From contig CBDFJR010000005.1 of the NCBI GenBank assembly GCA_965248535.1, positions 160,001 to 224,000 of the forward strand: 64,000 bases of DNA. The letters run 5' to 3'. The notes under the pieces are model-generated. The model made no database searches, was not told the DNA's origin, and worked only from the letters and a program-made list of their open reading frames with translations. The translations under genes and the position numbers were made by a program. Below are positions 30,812 through 41,226 of the stretch, piece after piece. The DNA comes from Phormidesmis sp. Its GTDB lineage: Bacteria; Cyanobacteriota; Cyanobacteriia; Leptolyngbyales; Leptolyngbyaceae. Every line of letters begins with the position of its first letter. Position 1 is the first letter of the stretch.

Positions 30812-31656
30812 AGGGTGTTATGCACTTTTAAATCCGATACTCACGAACTGCCTGACCATCAATATTACAAACGCAATCAGGTGAAAGCCAATTAGGGTTT
30901 CTGTGAGCCGCTCGTAATCTCGCGCTAATCGCCGAAACCGCGACATCCAGCCAAAACTGCGCTCAACGACCCAGCGCCGAGGCAGCAACACAAAGCCTTT
31001 CTTTGCCTCCGGCAGTTTCACCACTTCCAGTCGAATGCCTGCTGCCTCAGCATCGGCGGCAGCTTGCGCTCCTGTATAGCCTTGGTCAACAAAGGCGACC
31101 TCAACGGATTCCCCCGTCATCTGCTGCACTTGGTGCATCAGTTCTGCGACCTGCGCTCGGTCTTGCTCGTTCGCAGGCGTGACGTGCAGGGCAAGCAAAT
31201 GTCCTAGCGTGTCCACCGCCATGTGAACCTTGCTCCCTTTTTTGCGTTTCCCGCCATCGTAGCCCGCTCGATGTCCACTTTCCACCGTCGATTGCAAGGT
31301 GCGACTGTCTAGAATCACCGCACTCGGTTGCTCGTTGCGTCCCGCTAAAATTCGCAGGATCTCGCGCAAATCCTGCACCATCGTTTCAAAGACTCCAGCT
31401 TTGAGCCACCGTTGCGTTTGTTGGTAGACCGTATGCCACGGCGGTAAGTCATGCGGCATCAGTCGCCAAGCTTCTCCCGCTCGCACCACGTACCGTAAGC
31501 CATTGAACACTTCACGCAGGCTGTGGTCTCGTTGAGGAGCATTTTCCGTCATTAACGTTAAATATGGAGCGACAAATGCCCATTCTTCGTCGCTCACGTC
31601 TGTTGGGTAAGGCTTTCTACTCATGCTCCCAGTTTAACAAAAGTGCATAACACCCT
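30812..31656 (-). mobile_element. IS5-family insertion sequence, complete
   Basis: Perfect 18-bp terminal inverted repeats AGGGTGTTATGCACTTTT (30812-30829) and AAAAGTGCATAACACCCT (31639-31656), flanked by CTAG on both sides. The ends shift by 1 nt if the duplication is TA. Confidence 0.93.
30818..31624 (-). CDS. IS5-family DDE transposase
   Basis: YPTDVSDEEW N-terminus; ILDS, FVDQGY and RWVVERSF catalytic motifs. Confidence 0.95.
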   Translation of the reverse strand: MSRKPYPTDVSDEEWAFVAPYLTLMTENAPQRDHSLREVFNGLRYVVRAGEAWRLMPHDLPPWHTVYQQTQRWLKAGVFETMVQDLREILRILAGRNEQPSAVILDSRTLQSTVESGHRAGYDGGKRKKGSKVHMAVDTLGHLLALHVTPANEQDRAQVAELMHQVQQMTGESVEVAFVDQGYTGAQAAADAEAAGIRLEVVKLPEAKKGFVLLPRRWVVERSFGWMSRFRRLARDYERLTETLIGFHLIAFVILMVRQFVSIGFKSA

Positions 31657-31837
31657 CTAGGCTGAGGCTGAAATTTGCCCAACTTGCGAGAGTCTAGTTG
31701 CTTGATGCAAGGGTAAGGAGTCTTTTCACACAATGCTATTCACACAATCAGGGTCGCTCGCGATCGGAGTTTTACCGCTTCTTCATCTTTCTGTGGGAAC
31801 CCTTTGTTAAGCTGTAGTCGCTGTCAGACCCCCGACG

Positions 31838-32668
31838 ATGCACAGACTTCTCACTGGCTCACTCACCGTTGATCGATTGACCCTAGCGATCGTAGACTTG
31901 CCTGCCGCGCTGGATGGCACCACGATCGTGCAGCTTTCTGACTTGCACTATGACGGCAAGCGATTGTCTGAGGCGCTGTTGAGACAAGTCATCAAGGTCA
32001 CAAACCAAGCCGAGCCAGATTTAGTTGTGATCACGGGTGATTTTGTCACCGACGATCCGGCTCCGATCTATCCCCTAGCGCTGCACCTCAAGCATCTCCG
32101 CAGCCGCGCCGGAGTCTACGCCGTTTTGGGCAACCATGATCTCCATCGCTCTGCTAGCAGAGCCACGATTACCGAAGCGCTCACCCGCATTGATGTGTCT
32201 GTTTTGTGGGATGAAGTCGTCTATCCGCTAGGAGACGGGCTAGCGATCGTGGGTCTGCCCGAATATTGGTCGCCCGCGTTTAGAGCCTCTCGAATTCTCG
32301 ATCGTGTTTCTCCGACGGTGCCGCGCATCGTTCTCGCTCACAATCCTGATTGCGCCGAACCGCTTCAGCAGTGGCGAGTCGATCTCCAGTTATCTGGACA
32401 CACTCACGGCGGGCAGATTGTGATTCCGGGGTTGGGAAACGTCTCGGCCCGCGCTGCCCAGCTTTATAGCCACCTACCCCCGCGCACCCGCAACCGTCTG
32501 CCTTTTTTGAGAGGGTGCTATCGCGTCATGAAGCACTGGGAATGGGCAAAGGGCTTATATCAGGTCGGTGACAATCGCCTCTATGTCAATCGCGGGTTAG
32601 GCACTTACCTTCCCGGACGGTTGTTTTGTCCGCCAGAGGTGACGGTGATCACCCTAGTCGCGGGCTAA
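31838..32668 (+). CDS. Metallophosphoesterase (YkuE-like)
   Basis: SDLH, TGDFV, LGNHD, AHNPD, SGHTHGGQ. Confidence 0.92.
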   Translation: MHRLLTGSLTVDRLTLAIVDLPAALDGTTIVQLSDLHYDGKRLSEALLRQVIKVTNQAEPDLVVITGDFVTDDPAPIYPLALHLKHLRSRAGVYAVLGNHDLHRSASRATITEALTRIDVSVLWDEVVYPLGDGLAIVGLPEYWSPAFRASRILDRVSPTVPRIVLAHNPDCAEPLQQWRVDLQLSGHTHGGQIVIPGLGNVSARAAQLYSHLPPRTRNRLPFLRGCYRVMKHWEWAKGLYQVGDNRLYVNRGLGTYLPGRLFCPPEVTVITLVAG

Positions 32669-33354
32669 AGGTCGCCGCCGCCAAATCGATAGCCTTTGCC
32701 ATAGACCGTTGAGATCAAAGGGGTTTCTCCTTCAGACTCAATTTTGCGACGCAGGAGGCGAATCTGAGCCGCCAGCGCGTTGCTGGTTGGCTTTTCACCG
32801 TCGCTCCACAGGTGTTGATAAAGCTGGTCATGGGTGAGGAGTTGATGGTGTTGCCGCATAAAACAGTCCAGCAGTTGGCTTTCTTTTTCAGAAAGCTCGA
32901 TCGCTCGACCTTTGCGATAGGCGATTTGGTTTTGAGCATCTAGCTCTAAATCATCGACTCGCAGCCGCAGGTCAGAAGACGCAGATTCCAATGTGGCGGG
33001 GCGGCGCAGCAGCGCTCTGACTCGGGCCAAAAGCTCTCTTAGCTCAAAGGGTTTGATCAAATAATCATCGGCTCCGGCATCTAGCCCCTGCACCCGATCG
33101 TCGATCGTGTCTTTTGCCGTGAGAAACAAGACAGGGGTGGTGTCGCCCCGCGATCGCAGCCGTTGACAAATCTCTAACCCTGACTGGTGAGGCAACATCC
33201 AATCTAAAATCAATAGGTCATAGTGATTTTGTTCGACGAGATGAGAACCTTGGCGACCGTCATAAGCCACATCTAAGCGATAGCCTTCTCGCATCAGCAA
33301 TCGGCTCAGAGGGTCGGCCATTTCAATTTCGTCATCGACGAGCAATATTCGCAC
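32665..33354 (-). CDS. OmpR-family response regulator (RppA-like)
   Basis: LVDDE, LDWMLP, GADDYLIKPF, winged-helix TVYGKGYRF. Confidence 0.92.
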   Translation of the reverse strand: MRILLVDDEIEMADPLSRLLMREGYRLDVAYDGRQGSHLVEQNHYDLLILDWMLPHQSGLEICQRLRSRGDTTPVLFLTAKDTIDDRVQGLDAGADDYLIKPFELRELLARVRALLRRPATLESASSDLRLRVDDLELDAQNQIAYRKGRAIELSEKESQLLDCFMRQHHQLLTHDQLYQHLWSDGEKPTSNALAAQIRLLRRKIESEGETPLISTVYGKGYRFGGGDL

Positions 33355-33447
33355 TTTAGGAATTTGAAGATTGAGTTCTCTCTCTATTCAAGACGCAAAC
33401 CTGGCACCTTTCAAAGTTTTGGTCACTTTTAACTTAAAACGCCTCTC

Positions 33448-34110
33448 ATGATTACTGTTGCATTACCCAAAGGTGCTTTGCTCAAAGACAGCATTCGACT
33501 GCTGCAAGCGATCGGGCTGGACTTTAGCGCGTTTCTAGAAACGGGCAACCGTCAACTGCAAATCACCGATCCGACCCACACAGCCAAAGCGCTGCTGGTG
33601 AGAAATTCTGATGTGTCGGTCTATGTCGAATATGGCCAGGCCCAACTGGGCATTGTCGGCTATGACGTGCTGCGCGAAAAAAGCGCCAATGTTGCCCAAC
33701 TGGTCGATCTGGGGTTTGGGCAATGCCGGATGTCGGTCGCGGTGAAAGCCTCAAGTCCCTATCGATCGAGCCTTGAATTGCCCCTAAATGGACGGGTTGC
33801 CTCTAAGTTTGTCCACTGTGCTCACGATTATTTTCAGAGTTTAGACCTGCCTGTAGAGATTATTCCGCTCTCTGGCTCGGTCGAGTTGGGCCCGATCACC
33901 GGGATGTCGGAAGCGATCGTCGATCTGGTGGCGACGGGCAACACGCTGCGCGAAAACGGCTTGATTGAAATTGACGTTTTATTTCAAAGTACGGCTCGGC
34001 TAATCGCGCACCCCCTCAGCTATCGCCTTGACGCAGACGGGCTATATGGCTGCGTTGAGCAGATTCGTCACCAGGTGAGTCAGTCTGCCGCGACCGCTAA
34101 TATTCGTTAA
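33448..34110 (+). CDS. hisG: ATP phosphoribosyltransferase, short form
   Basis: [28 protein letters not shown]. Confidence 0.95.
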   Translation: MITVALPKGALLKDSIRLLQAIGLDFSAFLETGNRQLQITDPTHTAKALLVRNSDVSVYVEYGQAQLGIVGYDVLREKSANVAQLVDLGFGQCRMSVAVKASSPYRSSLELPLNGRVASKFVHCAHDYFQSLDLPVEIIPLSGSVELGPITGMSEAIVDLVATGNTLRENGLIEIDVLFQSTARLIAHPLSYRLDADGLYGCVEQIRHQVSQSAATANIR

Positions 34111-34175
34111 GCTTAGATCACTGGTTGCCCTGGGCTTGGGGTGCGATCGTGCCGCAAGCTTTCTATAAAATTGCT

Positions 34176-36015
34176 ATGACTCATCTTCCCGCTGATCAAC
34201 CCAACCATCGCCCCAAGGAAACTGATTGGCGGCTTTTTTTGCGGCTGGTTCCCTACGCTAAAAAGAATCTGCGGCTGCTGCTGCTGTCGATGGTGTTTTT
34301 GGTGCCCTCAGCGATCGCTAACGCCCTTCAGCCGATTTTGATTGGTCAAACCGTGTCGCTGCTCAAGCGTGAGTCTACCAGTCTGAGCTTTTTTGGTCTG
34401 CAATTTGACTGGCTCAACGGGCGATCGCTGACCGACGGGCTAAATTTTTTGGCCGGGCTGCTGTTGATCACGATTTTGACGCGGTTGCTCTTAGACGGCA
34501 CCCAGAGCTATCTGGTGCAAAAAGTTGGGCAGCGCATCACCGCAGGCATTCGCAGCGATTTGTTTGATCATGTCACGTCGCTGGCAGTTCGGTTCTTCGA
34601 TCGCACCCCTGTCGGCCGCCTGATCACGCGGCTCACGAGCGATGTCGAAGCGCTTAGGAGAAGTCTTTTCGACGGGAGCGATCGGGGTCGTCAATGACCT
34701 GTTTTCGATTTTGGTGATCACGGTGATCATGTTCTCTCGGCAGTGGCAACTGGCTACACTGCTGCTGCTGCTGCTGTTGCCCGTGACGGGGCTGATTATT
34801 TATTTTCAGCAGCAATATCGCAAGGCGAACTATAAAGCTAGAGAAGAACTGTCTGCGCTCAACTCGATGTTGCAGGAAAACATTACAGGGATCGGGGTCG
34901 TCCAATTATTTCGGCGCGAAAAATTTAATGGCGACCTGTTTCGCACGATCAATCAACGCTACATTCACGAAGTCGATCGCACGATCTTTCACGATTCTGC
35001 GGTGTCTGCCACCCTAGAGTGGATTTCTCTCGTCGCGATTTCGGGCGTTTTGGGCATCGGTAGCTGGCTCGTGATGAACCGACAGCTTGACTTTGGGCTT
35101 CTATCCACCTTTATTTTGTTTGCCCAACGGCTATTTGATCCCCTGCGCCAGTTTGCTGAAAAATTCACCGCTATTCAAGCCGGGTTCACAGCCGTCGAGC
35201 GGGTCAGCGACATTATGAATGAACCGATCGAGATCCGCGACCCCGAAAAATCTCATGACAAACCCCCTGCCACCACTCCTATCACTCCCGGCGAGATTCG
35301 GTTTGAGCACGTTTGGTTTGCCTATAAGCAAGACGACTATGTGCTGCAAGATCTGGATTTCACAATTCGTCCCGGTGAGAAGGTAGCGCTAGTTGGCCCC
35401 ACCGGAGCCGGAAAAAGCTCGATCATTCGCCTGCTAAGTCGGCTTTATGAGCCAACCAACGGGCGCATTCTACTAGACGGCGTTGACATCAGACAATTGC
35501 CCCAAGCTGACCTGCGGCGACGCATGGCGATCATTTTGCAAGACGGGTTTCTGTTTGCCGGGGATGTCAAGAGCAACATCACCCTAGGCGAGACCTACAC
35601 CTATGATCAGATTCGAGCGGCGGCTGAAGCGACCAACGTGGCTAGCCTGATCGAACGCTTGCCCCAAGGCTACAACACGATGCTGCGCGAACGCGGCACT
35701 AATCTTTCTGGCGGACAAAAACAGCTTTTGGCCTTTGCCCGTGCTGCCATTCGCGATCCCCAAATCTTAGTGCTCGACGAAGCCACGGCCAACCTTGATG
35801 TCGGCACTGAGGCGCTGATCCAAGAGGCCCTAGAGCGTCTCCTAGAAGACCGCAGTGCGATTATTATTGCCCACCGACTTTCGACGATTCGCAACGTCGA
35901 TCGCATTCTGGTGCTTAAGCGAGGACAGCTTGTTGAGTCAGGCAGTCACGAGGCATTGCTCAAGCAAGGCGGACTCTATGCCAGCCTCTATCAACTGCAA
36001 ATGCTAGAGAGTTAG
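34176..36015 (+). pseudogene. ABC exporter (TMD+NBD) split by a +1 frameshift near 34653; real pseudogene or sequencing error
   Basis: ORF1 ends ...TRLTSDVEAL and ORF2 continues LGEVFSTG...GPTGAGKS...LSGGQ...ILVLDEAT; removing one base of GCGCTTAGGA fuses them. Confidence 0.85.
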
Positions 36016-36028
36016 GGGCGCGCCCGGC

Positions 36029-36286
36029 TTAATCTTGCTCTTTTGCCTGCATAAATTGCTCAATGTCTGCCACGGCTTGCTCTAACGTGTCGAGATTGAT
36101 TTCGATCGGGGGGTGAGACGGGCTATCTGCGACTTTTTCAACGGGTTTAGGCTCAGGAATAGCGGCTTGACCTGCCTCAGAGCAGAGCGTTTCTTGCAGT
36201 TTATTCAGAGACTCGATAAAGGCTTTGGCTGCGGCACGGCGCACGTCTTGCTGTTGCAGATCCATCAGGCTTGACTCCAAATTCAA
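36029..36286 (-). CDS. Hypothetical protein
   Basis: RRAAAKAFIESL...LEQAVADIEQF helical small protein; start may be 36265. Confidence 0.65.
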   Translation of the reverse strand: MNLESSLMDLQQQDVRRAAAKAFIESLNKLQETLCSEAGQAAIPEPKPVEKVADSPSHPPIEINLDTLEQAVADIEQFMQAKEQD

Positions 36287-36570
36287 GGATCAAAACTCTA
36301 ATCGGCTGAGGCTTAAAATAAGGTCAACAGCCTTCAGGTTTAGTTGATCACGGTTTCGTTGGGTATCTACCCAGATCAGAATGCCCAATCTAAATTAAAT
36401 CGTTTCATTACGATCGCGACTCTGTTGTTGATAATAACTTCATAAGGTTTGACTTTCTTTAAAGTTTGGAGTTCTCTATGTCAATATGTCTGGAAAAATG
36501 ACTGGAAAAGTTGTCTGATCCACCTCTAGCAGACGAAAATAAACAGAGCAATCAGCGCCAGGAGGCAGAC

Positions 36571-38001
36571 GTGACGGACGGATTTGACTATGACTTGGTA
36601 ATTATTGGTGCGGGCGTGGGTGGGCATGGTGCGGCTCTTCATGCAGTTGACTGTGGGCTAAAAACCGCCATTATTGAAGCGGCAGAAATGGGCGGCACCT
36701 GCGTCAATCGGGGCTGCATTCCGTCTAAGGCGCTGTTGGCGGCGGCAGGTCGAGTGCGAGAACTCCGCAACGCCCACCACTTAAAGGCTTTAGGAATTCA
36801 AGTCGGCAATGTCTCGTTTGAGCGAGGCGCGATCGCCGATCATGCAGGCGGCATCGTCACCAAGCAGAGAGACGGGCTAATCAACAGCCTCAAGCGGGTC
36901 GGGGTCGAGGTGATTCACGGCTGGGGTCGCGTCGCGGGTTCTCAAAAAGTAGCCGTTACCACCGACACAGGCGAGAAGATGATCACCGCCAAAGAGATTA
37001 TTCTCGCACCGGGGTCAGTGCCTTTTGTGCCTCCTGGCGTGCAGATAGACGGTAAAACTGTGTTTACGAGCGATGACGCAATCAAGCTAGAGAGTTTGCC
37101 GCCCTGGATCGCGATCGTCGGCAGCGGCTATATTGGACTGGAATTTGCCGATATCTACACCGCTTTGGGCTGCGAAGTAACCATGATCGAAGCTCTCGAT
37201 CAACTGATGCCAGGGTTCGATCCCGATATTGCCAAACAAGCACAACGCATTCTAATCACGCCCCGCGACATCGAAACTAAAGTCGGAATGCTGGCGATGA
37301 AAGTCACCCCCGGTTCGCCCGTGGTGATTGAACTGGCAGACGCAAAAACGAAAGAAATCGTCGAAGTGCTTGAAGTCGATGCCTGCTTAATCGCTACAGG
37401 CCGCATTCCAAAAGCAAAAGAGATGGGGCTAGAGTCCGTTAGCGTTGAGTTAGATCGGCGGGGCTATATCCCCGTCAACGATCGCTTAGAGGTGATCTCA
37501 GCCGGAGAACCTGTGCCTCACTTGTGGGCGATCGGCGATGCCACGGGCAAAATGATGCTGGCTCATGCGGCGGCGGCTCAGGGCGTGGTCGCGGTGGAAA
37601 ATATCTGCGGGCGCGATCGGGAAGTAGACTATCGCAGCATTCCGGCGGCGGCGTTTACGCATCCTGAAATCAGCTTTGTCGGACTGACCGAACCTGCGGC
37701 CCAAGAATTGGGCAACGCCGAAGGATTTGAAGTGTCTGCGGTGCGAACCTACTTTAAAGGCAACGCCAAAGCCCTCGCTGAAGGAGAAGTCGAAGGCATT
37801 GCCAAACTGATCTATCGCTCAGACACCGGAGAAGTCTTGGGTGCCCATATTATCGGACTCCATGCCGCCGATTTGATTCAAGAAGCGGCAAACGCGATCG
37901 CTAGCCGTCAATCTGTCCGATCGCTGGCCTTCCTAGTCCACACCCACCCCACCCTATCGGAGATTTTAGACGAAGCCTACAAACGAGCCGTAGCCCATTA
38001 A
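36571..38001 (+). CDS. lpdA: Dihydrolipoyl dehydrogenase
   Basis: [38 protein letters not shown] start after AGGAGG. Confidence 0.96.
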   Translation: MTDGFDYDLVIIGAGVGGHGAALHAVDCGLKTAIIEAAEMGGTCVNRGCIPSKALLAAAGRVRELRNAHHLKALGIQVGNVSFERGAIADHAGGIVTKQRDGLINSLKRVGVEVIHGWGRVAGSQKVAVTTDTGEKMITAKEIILAPGSVPFVPPGVQIDGKTVFTSDDAIKLESLPPWIAIVGSGYIGLEFADIYTALGCEVTMIEALDQLMPGFDPDIAKQAQRILITPRDIETKVGMLAMKVTPGSPVVIELADAKTKEIVEVLEVDACLIATGRIPKAKEMGLESVSVELDRRGYIPVNDRLEVISAGEPVPHLWAIGDATGKMMLAHAAAAQGVVAVENICGRDREVDYRSIPAAAFTHPEISFVGLTEPAAQELGNAEGFEVSAVRTYFKGNAKALAEGEVEGIAKLIYRSDTGEVLGAHIIGLHAADLIQEAANAIASRQSVRSLAFLVHTHPTLSEILDEAYKRAVAH

Positions 38002-38021
38002 GCCCTCAACGCAGCCCCATC

Positions 38022-38055
38022 GTACGGGCACGGCATTGCCGTGCCCAGGGCCTAC
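38022..38055. repeat. REP-like palindrome after lpdA
   Basis: GTAC-GGGCACGGCA-T-TGCCGTGCCC...CCTAC; perfect 10-bp inverted repeat. Confidence 0.6.
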
Positions 38056-38286
38056 GCCACAACCAACCCCCTAAATTCGCCTCTTAATTCCATTCGCCCT
38101 CTCCCCAAAAGACTCCAATCCAGAACGAACCCCCAGCCCACTAACCCAAAACTCAGAACTATTCAGGAATTGCGTTACGCTACTAGTGAAGGTTTTGCGT
38201 CGGTCAACTCTAGTCACACCCCTCTGACTTAGACCGCCGCAGATCGTGCTGATTGTTCGTTTCGTTTGTGGTTTTTGGCTACCTAA

Positions 38287-39170
38287 ATGGAGATTCGTCG
38301 TCGTCAGCCTAATCCTGCGATTAGCATCCCTCTGATTCGCTATCAGACAACTGTTTTTGATGCAGAGCCGCGCCACATCTTAGAAGAAATCGTTTGGCAA
38401 AAAGAAGCGGAAGTTGCCAAAATGCGCGATCGCCTCTCCCTGGCAGACTTGCAGAAAAAAATGCCGTCAGTTGCCCCAATCCGCGATTTTGTTGCTGCCC
38501 TGCGCCATGGAAAAACCAACCCGGCTGTGATTGCCGAAGTCAAAAAAGCATCGCCCAGCAAAGGCGTGATTCGAGAAGATTTTGATGCGGTGGCGATCGC
38601 CCAATCCTATCAAGCGGGCGGCGCATCCTGTCTGTCTGTCCTCACCGATCAGAAATTCTTTCAAGGCAGCTTTGAGAATCTGGCTCAGATTCGAGAAGTC
38701 GTCGATTTGCCCTGCTGTGCAAAGATTTCATCATCTATCCCTATCAGATGTATTGGGCGCGGCTGCAAGGAGCCGATGCCGTGCTGCTGATTGCGGCGAT
38801 CCTCCCTGACAAAGACTTGCAGTATTTCTTGAAAATTGTCAAAGCTCTGGGCATGGCAGCGCTGATCGAAGTGCACACCCTCGAAGAACTCGATCGCGTC
38901 CTCTCTCTCACTGGGGTCACCATGGTCGGCATCAACAACCGCAACCTTAAAGACTTTTCGGTTGACTTAGACACCACTCGGCAACTGCTGGCTGCACGAG
39001 GCGATCAGCTTGCATCCCAAGAGATTTTGGTCGTCAGTGAGTCGGGGTTGCACACCCCTGCTGATCTAGATTTGGTGGTCAAAGCAGGTGCCCAGGCCGT
39101 CCTAGTCGGAGAATCTCTGATCAAGCAGCCTGATCCGGGTCGAGCGATCGGGCAGTTGGTAACTCGCTAG
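38287..39170 (+). pseudogene. trpC: Indole-3-glycerol-phosphate synthase with a -1 frameshift at ~38710 (probably a homopolymer sequencing error)
   Basis: [12 protein letters not shown] and SVLTD in frame 1; LLCKDF, EVH, GINNRNL, SESG and LVGESL in frame 2; adding one C to TTGCCCTGCTG restores VDLPLLCKDF. Confidence 0.9.
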
Positions 39171-39220
39171 GCTGCTTTATTTGTGTCGATCATTGTTTCC
39201 TTTAGCCAGGTTAGCCTTAC

Positions 39221-39496
39221 ATGGAGCCAATTCCCCTTCCTTCGCACATTCACTATGAGTTATTGCTGCAACTGTTAGAGCGGCAGACGATGTTTGCAGT
39301 CAGCCAAAAAACTCAGCAGCGAGAGCAAGTTCACCAGTTGATCATCACGCTGCGAAAGGCCTATTCTCAACAAAAACAGCTAGAGGAAAACTGCCAGCGC
39401 AATCGGTTAGATGTTGAATATCGCTGGTCACTCAACAGCCTCGAAGCGCCACCCAATGTTGAGAAAACCGCCAAGCCTCAAGAGCCTAAAGTCTAG
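39221..39496 (+). CDS. Cyanobacterial conserved hypothetical protein (DUF5340-like)
   Basis: PIPLPSHIHYELLLQLLERQT motif recognised from memory. Confidence 0.65.
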   Translation: MEPIPLPSHIHYELLLQLLERQTMFAVSQKTQQREQVHQLIITLRKAYSQQKQLEENCQRNRLDVEYRWSLNSLEAPPNVEKTAKPQEPKV

Positions 39497-39612
39497 CGAT
39501 CGGGCCTTTTAATCGCAGAGGCAACTCAGCGTCAACATTTTTGATTTTGCGTCTACTATAGGAAACTAAGGATTGGTTTCTCAGGTGAGATCAGGTTTTG
39601 GGGAGGTTCTGA

Positions 39613-40815
39613 GTGTCTGAACCGAACGCTGCTCATAGGTCAGAGTCGTCGGATCAGCTACCCGATTATGCTGTCACGTCAGAAATTTCTGTGGGGCCTG
39701 GCATTCTAGCTGAGTTAGAGCAGATGCAGGCTCAGAGTCGCCATGACCTTGAGCGAATTCAGGATTTAGAGCTAGCGCTAGACCAATCGATTTCTAACTT
39801 AAATGAGCTACGGCTGCAAATCATCGACCAACGATTTCTAGAAGAGCAGCTAGCGTCTACTGAAGAGATCGCCAACGTTCAGCAGCAGGCCATCCATCAA
39901 CTAAAGCGCCAGTTTTCTGAGAAACAAGCTGCCCTTGAACAGCAGATTCATCAGGCGCAGACGCGAGAGCAAGACTATCAGAGATTGCTTGGGGCAGCGG
40001 AGACGTTTGCCCACCATCAACAGGTTGAGCTAGAGCGATTGCGATCGCAGGTCACTCACGATCGATCTGATGAGCCACAGCAAACTCACCTGATCTCTCA
40101 GATTGACGAGTTGCAGATGGCAATGCAAACCCAGCAGCAGCGCGTGTTAGAGCTAGAATCTCAAGAGTTAACCGCCCGCAGTCTCGCCGCAAATTTAGAG
40201 CTACATCTGCAAGAAGCCCAGAAACAAATTCGGCGGCTCTATCGTGAACTCAACGATCGACACACTGCAATCAACGAGTTAGAAGCCCGCCTAGAAGGCG
40301 ATTTTGCGGCTGATCCTTCGTTAAACGCCTTTGCTTTGACGCAGACCTCAGACCCTGCCCAATCGCTGCAAAAGGTCGAAGAGTTAGAGTCTCAGATGGT
40401 CAAACAGATGGCGACTCAAGCGCTCTTGCAGCAGGCGTGTCAAGAGTTAGAACTCGATCGTGAACAAAGTCAAACCCGCATTGCCGAGCTAGAGAGACAG
40501 TCCGCCGAAATGCAGGAACAAATTCTCAGTCAGGCCCAGCAGGCCAGCGAATATGAAACGGCCGTGCAGCATTGGAAAGATCGCTTCTACAGCACCCAAG
40601 ATAAAGTCGGGCAATTAAAAGAACTTTTGGAAAATGACTTGCCCCATGAGTCACCTGAGCTAGCGGAAATCTTTGCAGCGATTCAAGCGGCCTCCACGAT
40701 CGCCGTTGAGCCATTGACCCGATCGCCCGGCAAAACAGATTCCTTCAACGAAGATCTCAAAATTGATTTGCCCGACTTTTTAACCCGTCGCCGCACCTAT
40801 CGCAACCGATCGTAA
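39613..40815 (+). CDS. Long coiled-coil protein
   Basis: E/Q/L-rich heptads; C-terminal IDLPDFL motif; GGAGG RBS. Confidence 0.75.
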   Translation: MSEPNAAHRSESSDQLPDYAVTSEISVGPGILAELEQMQAQSRHDLERIQDLELALDQSISNLNELRLQIIDQRFLEEQLASTEEIANVQQQAIHQLKRQFSEKQAALEQQIHQAQTREQDYQRLLGAAETFAHHQQVELERLRSQVTHDRSDEPQQTHLISQIDELQMAMQTQQQRVLELESQELTARSLAANLELHLQEAQKQIRRLYRELNDRHTAINELEARLEGDFAADPSLNAFALTQTSDPAQSLQKVEELESQMVKQMATQALLQQACQELELDREQSQTRIAELERQSAEMQEQILSQAQQASEYETAVQHWKDRFYSTQDKVGQLKELLENDLPHESPELAEIFAAIQAASTIAVEPLTRSPGKTDSFNEDLKIDLPDFLTRRRTYRNRS

Positions 40816-40935
40816 GAAGGCATTTGTGACATATCTTCCCTAACGAAATTATCAACCTGCGATCGAAGTTGGAGAACACTGCATGTCAGAACCCCAGCTA
40901 AAATGGTGAGAGACGATCGAAATGAGGTAGAGCTT

Positions 40936-41222
40936 ATGGCACAGCAACTCCGATACAGCAAAGAGGAATTTGCTCGACGTGGCAATGAGATTTATGAATC
41001 TCAAGTGCGTCCCCAAGTCGAGGAAGGCAACCACGGTAAGATCGTCGCGGGCAGCTTCGCTGTGCCAAAGGCAACGATATCGAGACAGGAGCATTTGAGC
41101 TTGCAAAAGATACCATCACTGCCTCAGATCGATTGCTTGAACGGTATCCAGATGCTCAAATTTGGTGCGTTCGGATTGGGCATAAAGGCGTTCATCGCTT
41201 TGGCGTAGGTCGTCTGCTGTAA
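40936..41222 (+). pseudogene. Small gene upstream of the clan AA protease, frameshifted by a 23-nt insertion
   Basis: MAQQLRYSKEEFARRGNEIYE...GKIVA then, after deleting 41050-41072, NDIETGAFELAKDTITASDRLLERYPDAQIWCVRIGHKGVHRFGVGRLL*. Confidence 0.75.
41050..41073. repeat. SDR5-like mini-insertion with two tri-loop hairpins
   Basis: GGC-AGC TTC GCT-G-TGCC AAA GGCA, inserted directly after GCG. Confidence 0.6.
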
Positions 41223-41226
41223 CGTT

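Noticed and set aside
34758..34778. (CTG)n run as a phase-variable tract
   Set aside because: In-frame poly-Leu within a TM helix, and not at the frameshift site
40820..40900. Possible inverted, degraded second copy of the 40936 gene (QLRSQV...GKI)
   Set aside because: Similarity too short to distinguish from chance
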